NCBI GenBank assembly: GCA_963707215.1
Contig: CAVPPB010000003.1
Span: forward strand, 960,001-1,024,000
Reading direction: 5' to 3'
DNA: 64,000 nucleotides
From: an uncultured Chloroflexia bacterium
GTDB taxonomy: Bacteria; Chloroflexota; Limnocylindria; Limnocylindrales; CSP1-4
The notes below the pieces were generated by a model. That model searched no databases. It worked only from the letters and a program-made list of their open reading frames with translations, and was not told the origin of the DNA. Below are positions 1 to 8,242 of the stretch, one piece after another; the first letter of the stretch is position 1; each line of letters begins with the position of its first letter. A program made the position numbers and the translations under genes.

Positions 1-2459
1 AGATCGGCCGGTCCTCGGGCGACGAGGGGCATGTGCACTGCCAGCTCCCGGGGATCGAGGCGGGCCGCCAGCGGTCGGCCGCCGACGGTCCGCTCCTGCT
101 CCCGGGCGTCGATCCAGACCGACAGCCCGAGCCGATGCCCAAGATCGGCGAGGAGGGCCAGCAGCTCACCGCGCTCACGGGTCCGGCGGACCAGGTCGTC
201 CGCGGTGACGAGACGGTCGGGGGCGCTCGTCCGGGAACGGTAGGCGTCGAGACAGGCCCGGACAAGCGTCTCGTCGGGACGATCGTGCCCCGAGAACAGG
301 CCGCCGATCCGCTCCAGGAATGCCTCCTCGGTGAGCGGTCCGGCGGTCGAGAGGAGGCTGAAGATCGCCCACTCGACACGATCGGCCAACGGGAGGGCGG
401 CTGCCTCGCGGTCACGACGATCCGCCAGCCACCAGCGGTCGGGCTCGATCTCGACGAGGCGACGCTGGTCGGAGCGCCCCATCTCGTCCCGGATCAGGGC
501 GATCACCCGATCCACCTGCCCACCGGATCCCTCGTGCCCGGGCCGATCGAGGCTCCACAGGTCGGGTTCGGGCCTGGCCAGAGCCGCCGGACGGGTCTCG
601 GGCTCGGTCGATGCCGACGCCGACAGGCTGTCGCCCGGCGTCTCGATCGGCGACGAGACCTCGTCCGCCGTGGCCCTCGGCTGGGGCTCCGCCGGTGTCG
701 CGGGGAGGTCGCCCAGCGCGGGGGAGGCCGCCGACTCCGGTGCCTTGGGCGGTGCCGATGCGCCGGCGGTCGGATCGGGCACACGTCCCGGCGCCTCGGT
801 CCCGCTGGCGACCAGGCGGCGAAGGTGACCCGCCCGGTCGAGGCCGACGAGGATCTCCCCGAAGAGCCGGTCCGTGCGGGCTGGCTCGCCACGTGCCTTG
901 AGGATGTCGACGGCGACGTCGGTCACCGACCGGGCCGCGTCGGCCTGCGAGAAGGGTCGGGCGTCGAAGCGCTCGGGGGGGCCGAGGATCCCCCGGCCAG
1001 GCACCAGGTCGGGATCGCCCGCCCCGCCCGGGACGGCCGGAAGCGGGACGTTGGCACGGGTCCGGGGTCCTGGCGGGAGGGCCGCGCCCGGTGGCCGGAG
1101 CTCCACGATGGACGCCGCTTCCGGTGCCTCGGCCAGCCTCGCGGCCGTCAGCCGGTAGCCGGCCCCGATCCCGCCGAGGGCGGCCGCCACGATCGGCTCC
1201 TTGCCGTCCGGATCGCAGAGCAGGACGGCGCGACCATCGCGTGCCAGCATCGGCTCGGCGGCCTCGAGCGATCGTCCGAGCGCCGCGGCCTGCCAGGCCC
1301 AGGGCACGCGCCCGACCCCGGCGGCGAGGGTATCGAGCGGGAGGAGCGCTGCAGCGGAGCGACCGAGGGTCCACGCGGTGGCGAGGTAGGCGAAGGCGAG
1401 GCGGTCGGGCGCCGGTCGGAGCGGAGGCTGGGCGAGGATCAGTCGAACCCTCGACCGGCCCTCGCTCCGGCCGGTCCGGCGAGCCTCCCCTGCGAGGGCC
1501 CGGTAGCCGGAGGCGGTGCCCACTCGGACCGACACGGTCGCCGTCCCGTCGACGAGCGAGAGGAGGTCGGGACCCACCCTGGCCGTCAGTGACCCGCCAG
1601 AGCCCTCGAGGTGCTGGAGGAACCGACGGACCTGGCGATAGCCGTCCTCGAAAGCCAGCCAGGGATTGCGCTCGCGCCACTGCCCGGTCGGCATCCGCAG
1701 CCGCCCGCCCGAGACCCGGAGCAGGCCGGTCCGGCCGCCCTGCTGATGGAGGCGGCTGGCCGGCAGGAGGGCTCCGAGCAACGCGAAGCGGAGCGCGGCC
1801 TCGACGTTGGCTGCCCGCAGGTCGCTCTCGATCCGGTCCAGGATCGCGGCGAGGCCGATCAGCTGGCGCGGAGTGTGGAGGGCAAGGAAGTCGTCCACGA
1901 GCCCCTCGCTCCCCTCGGGGACCGGGAAGCGATCACGGATCAGGTCGAGCGCCTCGCGAGCGTCGTCCCCCCCGTCGTCGAAGGCCAGCTCGAGATCCGC
2001 CTCGGTCGGCGAGGCGGATCGGTGCTCGCCGCCGCCCCGCTGGGCGGCGCAGACCGGACATCGGTAGTGCCGTGCCGACGGCTCGCCCCTGGCGTCGTCG
2101 GAGCCGCTGGCCCAGGCGAGCTCGTCGAGGATCGAGGGACGTTCGCACGTCGCGCATCGGGTCGCGAAGCGTGACCCGATCCACAGGCGGAGGCTGCTGT
2201 CGCGACGCGGCGATGCCGCCAGGGCACCGAACGACGCATCGAGGTGTCGCAGGTCGGGCGGCCTGAGGACGAGATCGGCGAGCAACCGCGCCAGCGGGCT
2301 GGCCTCGAGCGAGATCGCCCGCCGATCCCGCTGGGCGGCCGCCCGGGCGATCCAGCCACCCCGTCCGTGGAGGTCGATGAGGACGTCGCCGGCGACGGTC
2401 GCCGCTTCGATCCATTCCGCGACGACGTCGATCGGTGGTGGCGGGGCAAGTCGGTCCAT
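1..2459 (-). CDS. Large Zn-ribbon adenine-specific DNA methylase-like protein (COG1743/DUF1156-like), degenerate catalytic motifs; 3' end beyond window
   Basis: Not in the ORF track because there is no stop inside the window. Manual translation from ATG 2459 (alternative ATG 2513): MDRLAPPPPIDVVAEWIEAATVAGDVLIDLHGRGGW...RCATCER...YRCPVCAA...LHTPRQL...ERNPW...RVRLILAQPPL. The + ORFs 33..1592 and 1611..2174 are its in-register antisense shadows. Confidence 0.7.
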   Translation of the reverse strand, partial: MDRLAPPPPIDVVAEWIEAATVAGDVLIDLHGRGGWIARAAAQRDRRAISLEASPLARLLADLVLRPPDLRHLDASFGALAASPRRDSSLRLWIGSRFATRCATCERPSILDELAWASGSDDARGEPSARHYRCPVCAAQRGGGEHRSASPTEADLELAFDDGGDDAREALDLIRDRFPVPEGSEGLVDDFLALHTPRQLIGLAAILDRIESDLRAANVEAALRFALLGALLPASRLHQQGGRTGLLRVSGGRLRMPTGQWRERNPWLAFEDGYRQVRRFLQHLEGSGGSLTARVGPDLLSLVDGTATVSVRVGTASGYRALAGEARRTGRSEGRSRVRLILAQPPLRPAPDRLAFAYLATAWTLGRSAAALLPLDTLAAGVGRVPWAWQAAALGRSLEAAEPMLARDGRAVLLCDPDGKEPIVAAALGGIGAGYRLTAARLAEAPEAASIVELRPPGAALPPGPRTRANVPLPAVPGGAGDPDLVPGRGILGPPERFDARPFSQADAARSVTDVAVDILKARGEPARTDRLFGEILVGLDRAGHLRRLVASGTEAPGRVPDPTAGASAPPKAPESAASPALGDLPATPAEPQPRATADEVSSPIETPGDSLSASASTEPETRPAALARPEPDLWSLDRPGHEGSGGQVDRVIALIRDEMGRSDQRRLVEIEPDRWWLADRRDREAAALPLADRVEWAIFSLLSTAGPLTEEAFLERIGGLFSGHDRPDETLVRACLDAYRSRTSAPDRLVTADDLVRRTRERGELLALLADLGHRLGLSVWIDAREQERTVGGRPLAARLDPRELAVHMPLVARGPAD

Positions 2460-2620
2460 GGACGGCAGGCCGACGAGTGACCCCGTCCCGCCCGGACCCG
2501 CGTGCTCCACCATCCCGGGATCGTGCCAGTGAGACCGGGGATCGGCAACCCGGCGGACCTGCCGGGGCTACCATCGTCCGGGACACGGACCGCGGGCCGG
2601 ACGGGACGCGGTGGGCACCG

Positions 2621-3670
2621 ATGAAGCGGGATGAACGGGTGAGCGACGGAACCGACACGACAACGGCGGGCGAACGAGCACCGGGTCGAGTGGCGGACCA
2701 GGCCGACGGGCGGGCGATCTGGGCCGCCGTCCGCGTCGCCGTGGGCGAGGCGGTCGTCGGGGCCGAGGATGCGCTCCGCCTCGTGATGGTGGCCCTCCTC
2801 GCCGACGGCCACGCCCTGATCGAGGACGTCCCGGGCATCGGCAAGACACTGCTCGCCCGGGCGACCTCCCGGGCGCTCGGCCTGGCCACCGCCCGGATCC
2901 AGGGGACGCCCGACCTGCTGCCGACCGATGTGACCGGCGGCAGCATCCTCGAGGGGGGCTCGCTCCGGTTCGTGGCCGGACCCGTCTTCACCAACCTGCT
3001 GCTCGTCGACGAGATCAACCGGGCGACGCCGCGAACCCAGTCCGCCCTCCTCGAGGCGATGCAGGAGCGGCAGGTGACCGTGGAAGGTGTGACCCGCCCG
3101 CTGCCCGATCCGTTCCTGGTCCTGGCGACCCAGAACCCGATCGAGTACGAGGGCACGTTCGCCCTGCCGGAAGCCCAGGTGGACCGGTTCCTGCTGCGGA
3201 TCCGGCTCGGCTACCCGTCGGAGGACGAGGAGCGGGCCATCGCTCGCCGCTACCGGGCGGAGGCCGAGCCCCTCGATCTCGTGCCGACGGCGATGGACGC
3301 GGTGACCGTGCTGGGACTGCGTGACCGGGTCCGTCGACTGGCCGTCGCGGACGAGGTCGAGACCTATGTCGTGGCCCTGGCGGTCGCCTCTCGCCGGCAC
3401 CCGCAGCTCCAGCTCGGAGCGAGCCCCCGGGCGACCGTCGCCCTCTACCGGGCCGCCCAGGCGTGGGCGTTCCTGGCCGGACGCGACTTCGTCCTCCCCG
3501 ACGACGTCAAGTCCGTCGCCGGTCCGGTCCTTGCCCACCGCCTGGTGGTGGACCTCGACCAGGGGCTCCGCGGCGCAACGAGCGACGCGGTGGTCGACGA
3601 GCTCCTCGCGACGGTACCGGCTCCGCCCGCAGGCGGCCCGCCCGCCGCGGATGCGCCGACCGCGCGCTGA
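2621..3670 (+). CDS. moxR: MoxR-family AAA+ ATPase
   Basis: Walker A variant EDVPGIGKT, RIQGTPDLLPTD, Walker B LLVDEINRA, TQSALLEAM, ATQNPIE, DRF. Start is ATG 2621 or GTG 2639. Confidence 0.93.
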   Translation: MKRDERVSDGTDTTTAGERAPGRVADQADGRAIWAAVRVAVGEAVVGAEDALRLVMVALLADGHALIEDVPGIGKTLLARATSRALGLATARIQGTPDLLPTDVTGGSILEGGSLRFVAGPVFTNLLLVDEINRATPRTQSALLEAMQERQVTVEGVTRPLPDPFLVLATQNPIEYEGTFALPEAQVDRFLLRIRLGYPSEDEERAIARRYRAEAEPLDLVPTAMDAVTVLGLRDRVRRLAVADEVETYVVALAVASRRHPQLQLGASPRATVALYRAAQAWAFLAGRDFVLPDDVKSVAGPVLAHRLVVDLDQGLRGATSDAVVDELLATVPAPPAGGPPAADAPTAR

Positions 3671-3680
3671 GGCTGACCGG

Positions 3681-4907
3681 GTGCCGGGCGGCCTGATCCT
3701 CGGCGGCGGCCTGGTCCTCCTCGGAGCCCTGGTCGAGCAGCCACTGGTCGTCGTCCTCGGCGTGGTCGCGACCCTGGTCGAGTCCGTCCGCCTCCTCTGG
3801 CAGCGAGCCGGCGCGTCGCGCGTCGTCTACCGGCGCCGCTTCGAGCGTGACCGCGCCGTGGTCGGGGACGACGTCCCGCTCACGGTGATCGCCTGGAACC
3901 GCGGGCGGCTGCCCCTGGCCTGGGTCCGGGCCGAGGACGCCGTGTCGCGCGGCCTGGCAGTCGCGGAGCGGGAGCTCGTCCCGAGCGACGACTTCGGGCA
4001 GGCCCTGGCGAACGCCTGGACCCTCGCCCCGAGCGAGCGGGTGACCCGCCACTTCCGAGCCCGGGCGCTTCGCCGGGGTGTCCAGTCGGTCGGTCCCGCC
4101 CGCCTGGCCGTCGGCGACCTCTTCGCGGCAAGGGCGGCCGAGCTCACCGTCGGCGGTGCCGAGCGCCTCATCGTCCGGCCTCGCACGGTCGCCGTGGCGG
4201 GCCTCGAGCAGCGCACCCGGTGGGCCGGTTCCGAGCGCGCCCGGCGCGGCCTCTCGGAGCACCTGACGAGCTACGCGGGGCTTCGCGACTACCGTCCGGG
4301 CGACCCCGTCCGGCGGATCCACCACCGAGCCTCGGCCCGGACGGGACGACTGCTGGTGAAGCGGTTCGACCCGGCGCGCGAGCGCGAGGTCCTCATCGCC
4401 CTCGACATCCAGACCGTGGAAGGTCCGGCCTGGCAGCCACAGTACGACGACGACCTGGTCGAGGGACTCTGCGTCATCGCCGGCTCGATCGCCCGCCGTC
4501 TCCGCGCGGACGGGGCGGCCGTCGGCCTGGCCGTCGCCGGCTACTCGGGTGCGCCGCGCCCCATGGCCATCCTGCCGCCGTCGGCAGGGGCCGGCCAGGT
4601 GCCCCGGATCCTCGACACGCTCGCCCGGCTGGGTCCCTTCCCCTCTGCGCCGTTCGGGCGCCTGCTCGGCGTGCTGCCGCGCGCCCTGCGGCCGGGCGCC
4701 GAGGTGCTCGTCCTGACGGCCCGTGACCCGGCGTCGTGGCTCGCGTCGCTCCGCCGGATGGGGACGTCGGGCTTCGGGGTCGAGGTCGTTGCCGTCGGCC
4801 CCGATGCGGGAAGGACGGTGGCGCGGGCTCGTGCCGCCGGGATCCCGGCGCGGGTCGCCCATCTCGACGGCGGCTGGGCGGACGCCACCGGGCTGGTCGT
4901 CGCATGA
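3681..4907 (+). CDS. DUF58 domain (vWA-like) protein, MoxR partner
   Basis: N-terminal TM segment and GLRDYRPGDPVRRIHHRASARTGRLLVKRFD motif; GTG at 3681 follows the moxR stop. Confidence 0.88.
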   Translation: MPGGLILGGGLVLLGALVEQPLVVVLGVVATLVESVRLLWQRAGASRVVYRRRFERDRAVVGDDVPLTVIAWNRGRLPLAWVRAEDAVSRGLAVAERELVPSDDFGQALANAWTLAPSERVTRHFRARALRRGVQSVGPARLAVGDLFAARAAELTVGGAERLIVRPRTVAVAGLEQRTRWAGSERARRGLSEHLTSYAGLRDYRPGDPVRRIHHRASARTGRLLVKRFDPAREREVLIALDIQTVEGPAWQPQYDDDLVEGLCVIAGSIARRLRADGAAVGLAVAGYSGAPRPMAILPPSAGAGQVPRILDTLARLGPFPSAPFGRLLGVLPRALRPGAEVLVLTARDPASWLASLRRMGTSGFGVEVVAVGPDAGRTVARARAAGIPARVAHLDGGWADATGLVVA

Positions 4908-6295
4908 CCGATACGCCCACCCGGCCGGTCGTCGGTGTCCCCCGGGTCAGGTGGGCGGGCCGGCCGATCGTGGTCGAGCTCGTGCCGGCGGCACTCGCGG
5001 TAACCGCCGAGGGTGCCTGGGTCGCCGTCCTCTACGCGCTCGTCGAAGCCGCGGCGGCAGGGCCCTTCGTCGTCGGCCCGCTCGGCATGGTCCTCGCGGC
5101 GGCCGGAGGGTTCGCCGCGGCCCGCCTCCTGGCGCGCCGCCTGGGCGAGCGCTGGCCGATGGTCGCCCTGGGGCTGGTGCTGGGTGCCGGGGTCCTCGGC
5201 TGGCTCGCCGACCCGACCGTCCGGACGTTCCTTGCCGACGGCGCGCCCGACCGAGCGACCTTCACCCACCCGGGCGGCTGGCTCGCGGGCCTGGCCTTCC
5301 TCCGGGGGATCGCCCACGCTCGCCCGTCGACGTCCGGCGCGGTCCTCGAGCGGCTGATGGTCGTGGGCCTGCCGGCGCTCGCGATCCCGCTCCTGGTCGG
5401 CGGGATGCTGGCCGCGCCGCGCTGGGAGCGCTTCGTCGCCGAGGCCACGCCGGCGATCCTCCTCTTCATCGTCTCGGGGACCGTCGGCCTGGCCGTCCGG
5501 AGACTTGACCAGGTCGGCGTCGGTGCCGGGTTCGACTGGCGCCGGAACCGGGCCTGGCTGCTGATGGTGGCGCTCCTGGTGGTCGGCGCGGGCCTCCTGG
5601 CCATCCCGGTCTCAGGCTTCGTGGGGCCGGCCGTCCGGATCGGCGTCGGGATCCTCGTCGTCCCCCTCCTCCTGGTGGGGGCTGTCGCCGGTTTCGGCCA
5701 GGTCAGCCGCCGGGCCGTGATCTCGCTGCTCGCCCTCGGGTTCGTCCTCATGCTCCTCGTGGCGCTCGCGGGCCCGGCGAGCCAGCCAGCGCCGGAGCCA
5801 CCGGGCCAGGTCGCGCCGGGGGGCGGCGGCACGGCGGGCGACCTCCTGATCACGATCGGCGGGGGCGGCTTGCTGGCCCTGCTCGTCGTCCTCGGGATCC
5901 TGGTCCTCGCCCGGCTCTGGATGCGCGAGGCGTTGCGCCCGAGCGGCTCCGACGTCCCGGAGGAACGGGTCATCGATCCCGGAGAGCGCGAGCCGGTGGC
6001 GCGACGGCGCCCGGCCGCGGCACGGCGACGGCGGGCGGAGCCGACGGATGCGGCCACGGCCTACCTGGCGCTCGTCGACGACCTCGAGCCGAGGCCAGCG
6101 GTCCGGCGATCGGCGGGCGAGACACCGGCGGAGCATGCCCGACGCCTTCGTGACGGAGGGCTGGGGTCGACGTCGCTCGACCTCCTGGCGGCCGACTACG
6201 CGCTGGCCCGGTTCGGCGGGCGACGGCTCTCCGACCTCGAGGACCGCCGAGGCCTGGCCCGGTGGCGGCGGCTCCGGGCGACCCTGGGACGCTGA
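4904..6295 (+). CDS. Polytopic membrane protein with C-terminal DUF4129 domain
   Basis: ATGA overlap with the DUF58 gene; many TM helices; C-terminal RRSAGETPAEHARRL...YALARFG typical of DUF4129. Confidence 0.8.
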   Translation: MTDTPTRPVVGVPRVRWAGRPIVVELVPAALAVTAEGAWVAVLYALVEAAAAGPFVVGPLGMVLAAAGGFAAARLLARRLGERWPMVALGLVLGAGVLGWLADPTVRTFLADGAPDRATFTHPGGWLAGLAFLRGIAHARPSTSGAVLERLMVVGLPALAIPLLVGGMLAAPRWERFVAEATPAILLFIVSGTVGLAVRRLDQVGVGAGFDWRRNRAWLLMVALLVVGAGLLAIPVSGFVGPAVRIGVGILVVPLLLVGAVAGFGQVSRRAVISLLALGFVLMLLVALAGPASQPAPEPPGQVAPGGGGTAGDLLITIGGGGLLALLVVLGILVLARLWMREALRPSGSDVPEERVIDPGEREPVARRRPAAARRRRAEPTDAATAYLALVDDLEPRPAVRRSAGETPAEHARRLRDGGLGSTSLDLLAADYALARFGGRRLSDLEDRRGLARWRRLRATLGR

Positions 6296-6316
6296 CGGCG
6301 GCGGCCGGATCGAAGG

Positions 6317-7171
6317 CTAGTCCTCGTCCTCCTCGTCGCCCTCGTCCTCGAAGGCCTCGTCGCCGGTCTCGTCGGGCGGGATGACCCGCTCGAGGTTCTC
6401 GATCCCCTCGTCCTCGACGTCGTCCTCGAGGTCTTCCTCGAGCTCCTCCTCGTCGCGGACGAGGGTGCCCTTCGTGTAGGCGCGCAGGTCGGTCGAGCGG
6501 GCGGCCGTCGGGAAGCTCACCTTGCCGTAGTTGCGCGGGTCCTGGAAGACCTCGCGGATGATGATCCGCACCTCGGCGTCGGTGATCGAGATGACACCGG
6601 CGGCGTACTTGTTGCCCTCGGCGATGAGCTTGAGCAGGCGGGCCGCGACGCGCGGCTCGACGTAGCCGGCCCGGACGCCGTTGCTGACGGCGACGAGACG
6701 GCCGTCCTCGGGGGTCAGCTCAACGAAGTCCCCGGCGTTGACCTGGGCCAGGGTCGCCCGACTGGGCAGATCCACGAGATGGGCGAAGCCGGTCTTGCCG
6801 GTCTCCTCGACGAAGATGCTGACCGGGGCCTTGCTGCCATCGGCGGCCGGCACCGTGGTCTCGCCGGCGTCGACGATGAGCACGCGAAGGCGCTCGATAT
6901 TGCGCTCGGCGATCCGACTCGTCGGATCGATCGCCAGGGCCGTCTGGTAGTGCTCGCGGGCGGCGCCGAGCTCGCCGAGCTCCCAGAGCGCCTTGGCGAG
7001 GCGGTTCTCCGCCTCCACGTCCGGGCCAAGCTCGAGGATCCGGCGATTGGTGTCGGCCGCGTCCGTCCAGCGCGCCTCGGTCGCGGCGGCGATCGCCTGC
7101 TCGGCCAGCTGGCGCTTGAGCCGGGTCGTGTTGGTCGGGCCCTGGGAGTCCTGCAGGTCGGGAGTCGTCAA
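6317..7171 (-). CDS. Tetratricopeptide-repeat protein with HIRAN-like C-terminal domain and acidic tail
   Basis: TTG start at 7171 with GAAAGGA RBS; TPR-like AENRLAKALWELGELGAAREHYQTALAIDP; FVEETGKT; GYVEPRVAARLLKLI; D/E-rich tail. Confidence 0.8.
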   Translation of the reverse strand: MTTPDLQDSQGPTNTTRLKRQLAEQAIAAATEARWTDAADTNRRILELGPDVEAENRLAKALWELGELGAAREHYQTALAIDPTSRIAERNIERLRVLIVDAGETTVPAADGSKAPVSIFVEETGKTGFAHLVDLPSRATLAQVNAGDFVELTPEDGRLVAVSNGVRAGYVEPRVAARLLKLIAEGNKYAAGVISITDAEVRIIIREVFQDPRNYGKVSFPTAARSTDLRAYTKGTLVRDEEELEEDLEDDVEDEGIENLERVIPPDETGDEAFEDEGDEEDED

Positions 7172-7271
7172 CGGGGGCGTCCTTTCGGGGTGACAGAGCG
7201 CGGGCACCGGTGCGGATCGGGTGCCGGGCGGGCAGGATGCCCTCCGGGATGCGCATTGTGGGGGCCGACAG

Positions 7272-7300
7272 GTTCTAGCACCGCTCCGCCGCCCTGTCAA
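7272..7300 (-). promoter_or_regulatory. Sigma70-type promoter for the TPR gene
   Basis: Minus strand reads TTGACA-N17-TAGAAC with an extended -10 TG. Confidence 0.7.
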
Positions 7301-7362
7301 CGACGGGCCGTCTTCGGCGGTCGGTCGGAGCCCGGATCCGGTCCCGGATCCCGTCCGTGGGA

Positions 7363-8163
7363 TCAGCCGACCTGGCGGACGTTCAGGGCGATGACCAGCA
7401 GCCCGAGGATGGCGAGGAGGACGATCTGCCAGATCGATCGGGCATCGCGGACCCCACCGGACGCAGTGCCCCGGAGGCCGTCCCACAGGAACAGGACCAG
7501 GGCGAGGACGGCCGGGCCCACGACACCCGGAAGGTCGAGCACGGCGAGCCCACCGGCGGCCACGGCGACTGCCGCGGCATAGGTCGCGGCGGCTGGCAGG
7601 ACCCGCCGGACGTCCGTCGTCCGCAGGGCCGTGAGGCGGTAGCCCAGCAGGAAGGCGATAGCCGAGTCCGCGAGCACGGCCAGGGTCACCGCCCACCCGG
7701 CGCCGGTCCCATCGTCGGTCGCCGCCGTCCCGTTCGGGACGCCTGCCAGCGCGTGGATGCCGGCGAAGGCCAGGAACGCGACCAGGACCGAGAGGCCCAG
7801 GACCGGCGTGACCTCGGCTGCGGGAGCCGTCGTCGACCGGGTCTCCAGTCGGGCCTCGACGACGAGGGCGCGGTGGACCAGCAGGTAGACGAGCGGGACG
7901 GCCAGGATGACGAGGAGGTTGAGCGGGACCAGCTGCAGGGCGACGAGCCCGCCGAGGGCAGCCAGGGCCGGCAGGATGAGCGCCTCGACAGCCACGCCGC
8001 GCGGCTCGGCCTCGCCGAGCACCCACACCGCCCCGAGGGCGACGGCCGCGACGAGACCGAGCGCGACGAGCCAGAGGAGCGGCGGGTCGGCCAGACGGGA
8101 GAGGGCGACCACGGCGGCGGCGAGCAGGGCCAGGTCGCGACGGGCGGAGGCTCGGTCATCCAT
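7363..8163 (-). CDS. Hypothetical polytopic membrane protein (probably leaderless)
   Basis: About 8-9 hydrophobic segments; TACCAT -10 box 7 nt upstream of ATG 8163. Confidence 0.75.
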   Translation of the reverse strand: MDDRASARRDLALLAAAVVALSRLADPPLLWLVALGLVAAVALGAVWVLGEAEPRGVAVEALILPALAALGGLVALQLVPLNLLVILAVPLVYLLVHRALVVEARLETRSTTAPAAEVTPVLGLSVLVAFLAFAGIHALAGVPNGTAATDDGTGAGWAVTLAVLADSAIAFLLGYRLTALRTTDVRRVLPAAATYAAAVAVAAGGLAVLDLPGVVGPAVLALVLFLWDGLRGTASGGVRDARSIWQIVLLAILGLLVIALNVRQVG

Positions 8164-8242
8164 CGGGCGGATGGTAGCGGCGGTAGGCCGACCCGGCCCA
8201 TCGCCCATCACCGTCGCGGCGACGCGGTCCGATCCGGCGGAC

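Noticed and set aside
33-2174. Long + strand ORFs 33..1592 and 1611..2174, and similar antisense or alternate-frame ORFs throughout (e.g. 8547..10757, 39102..41105, 59329..60759)
   Set aside because: They are shadows of real genes caused by high-GC codon bias and carry no family motifs.
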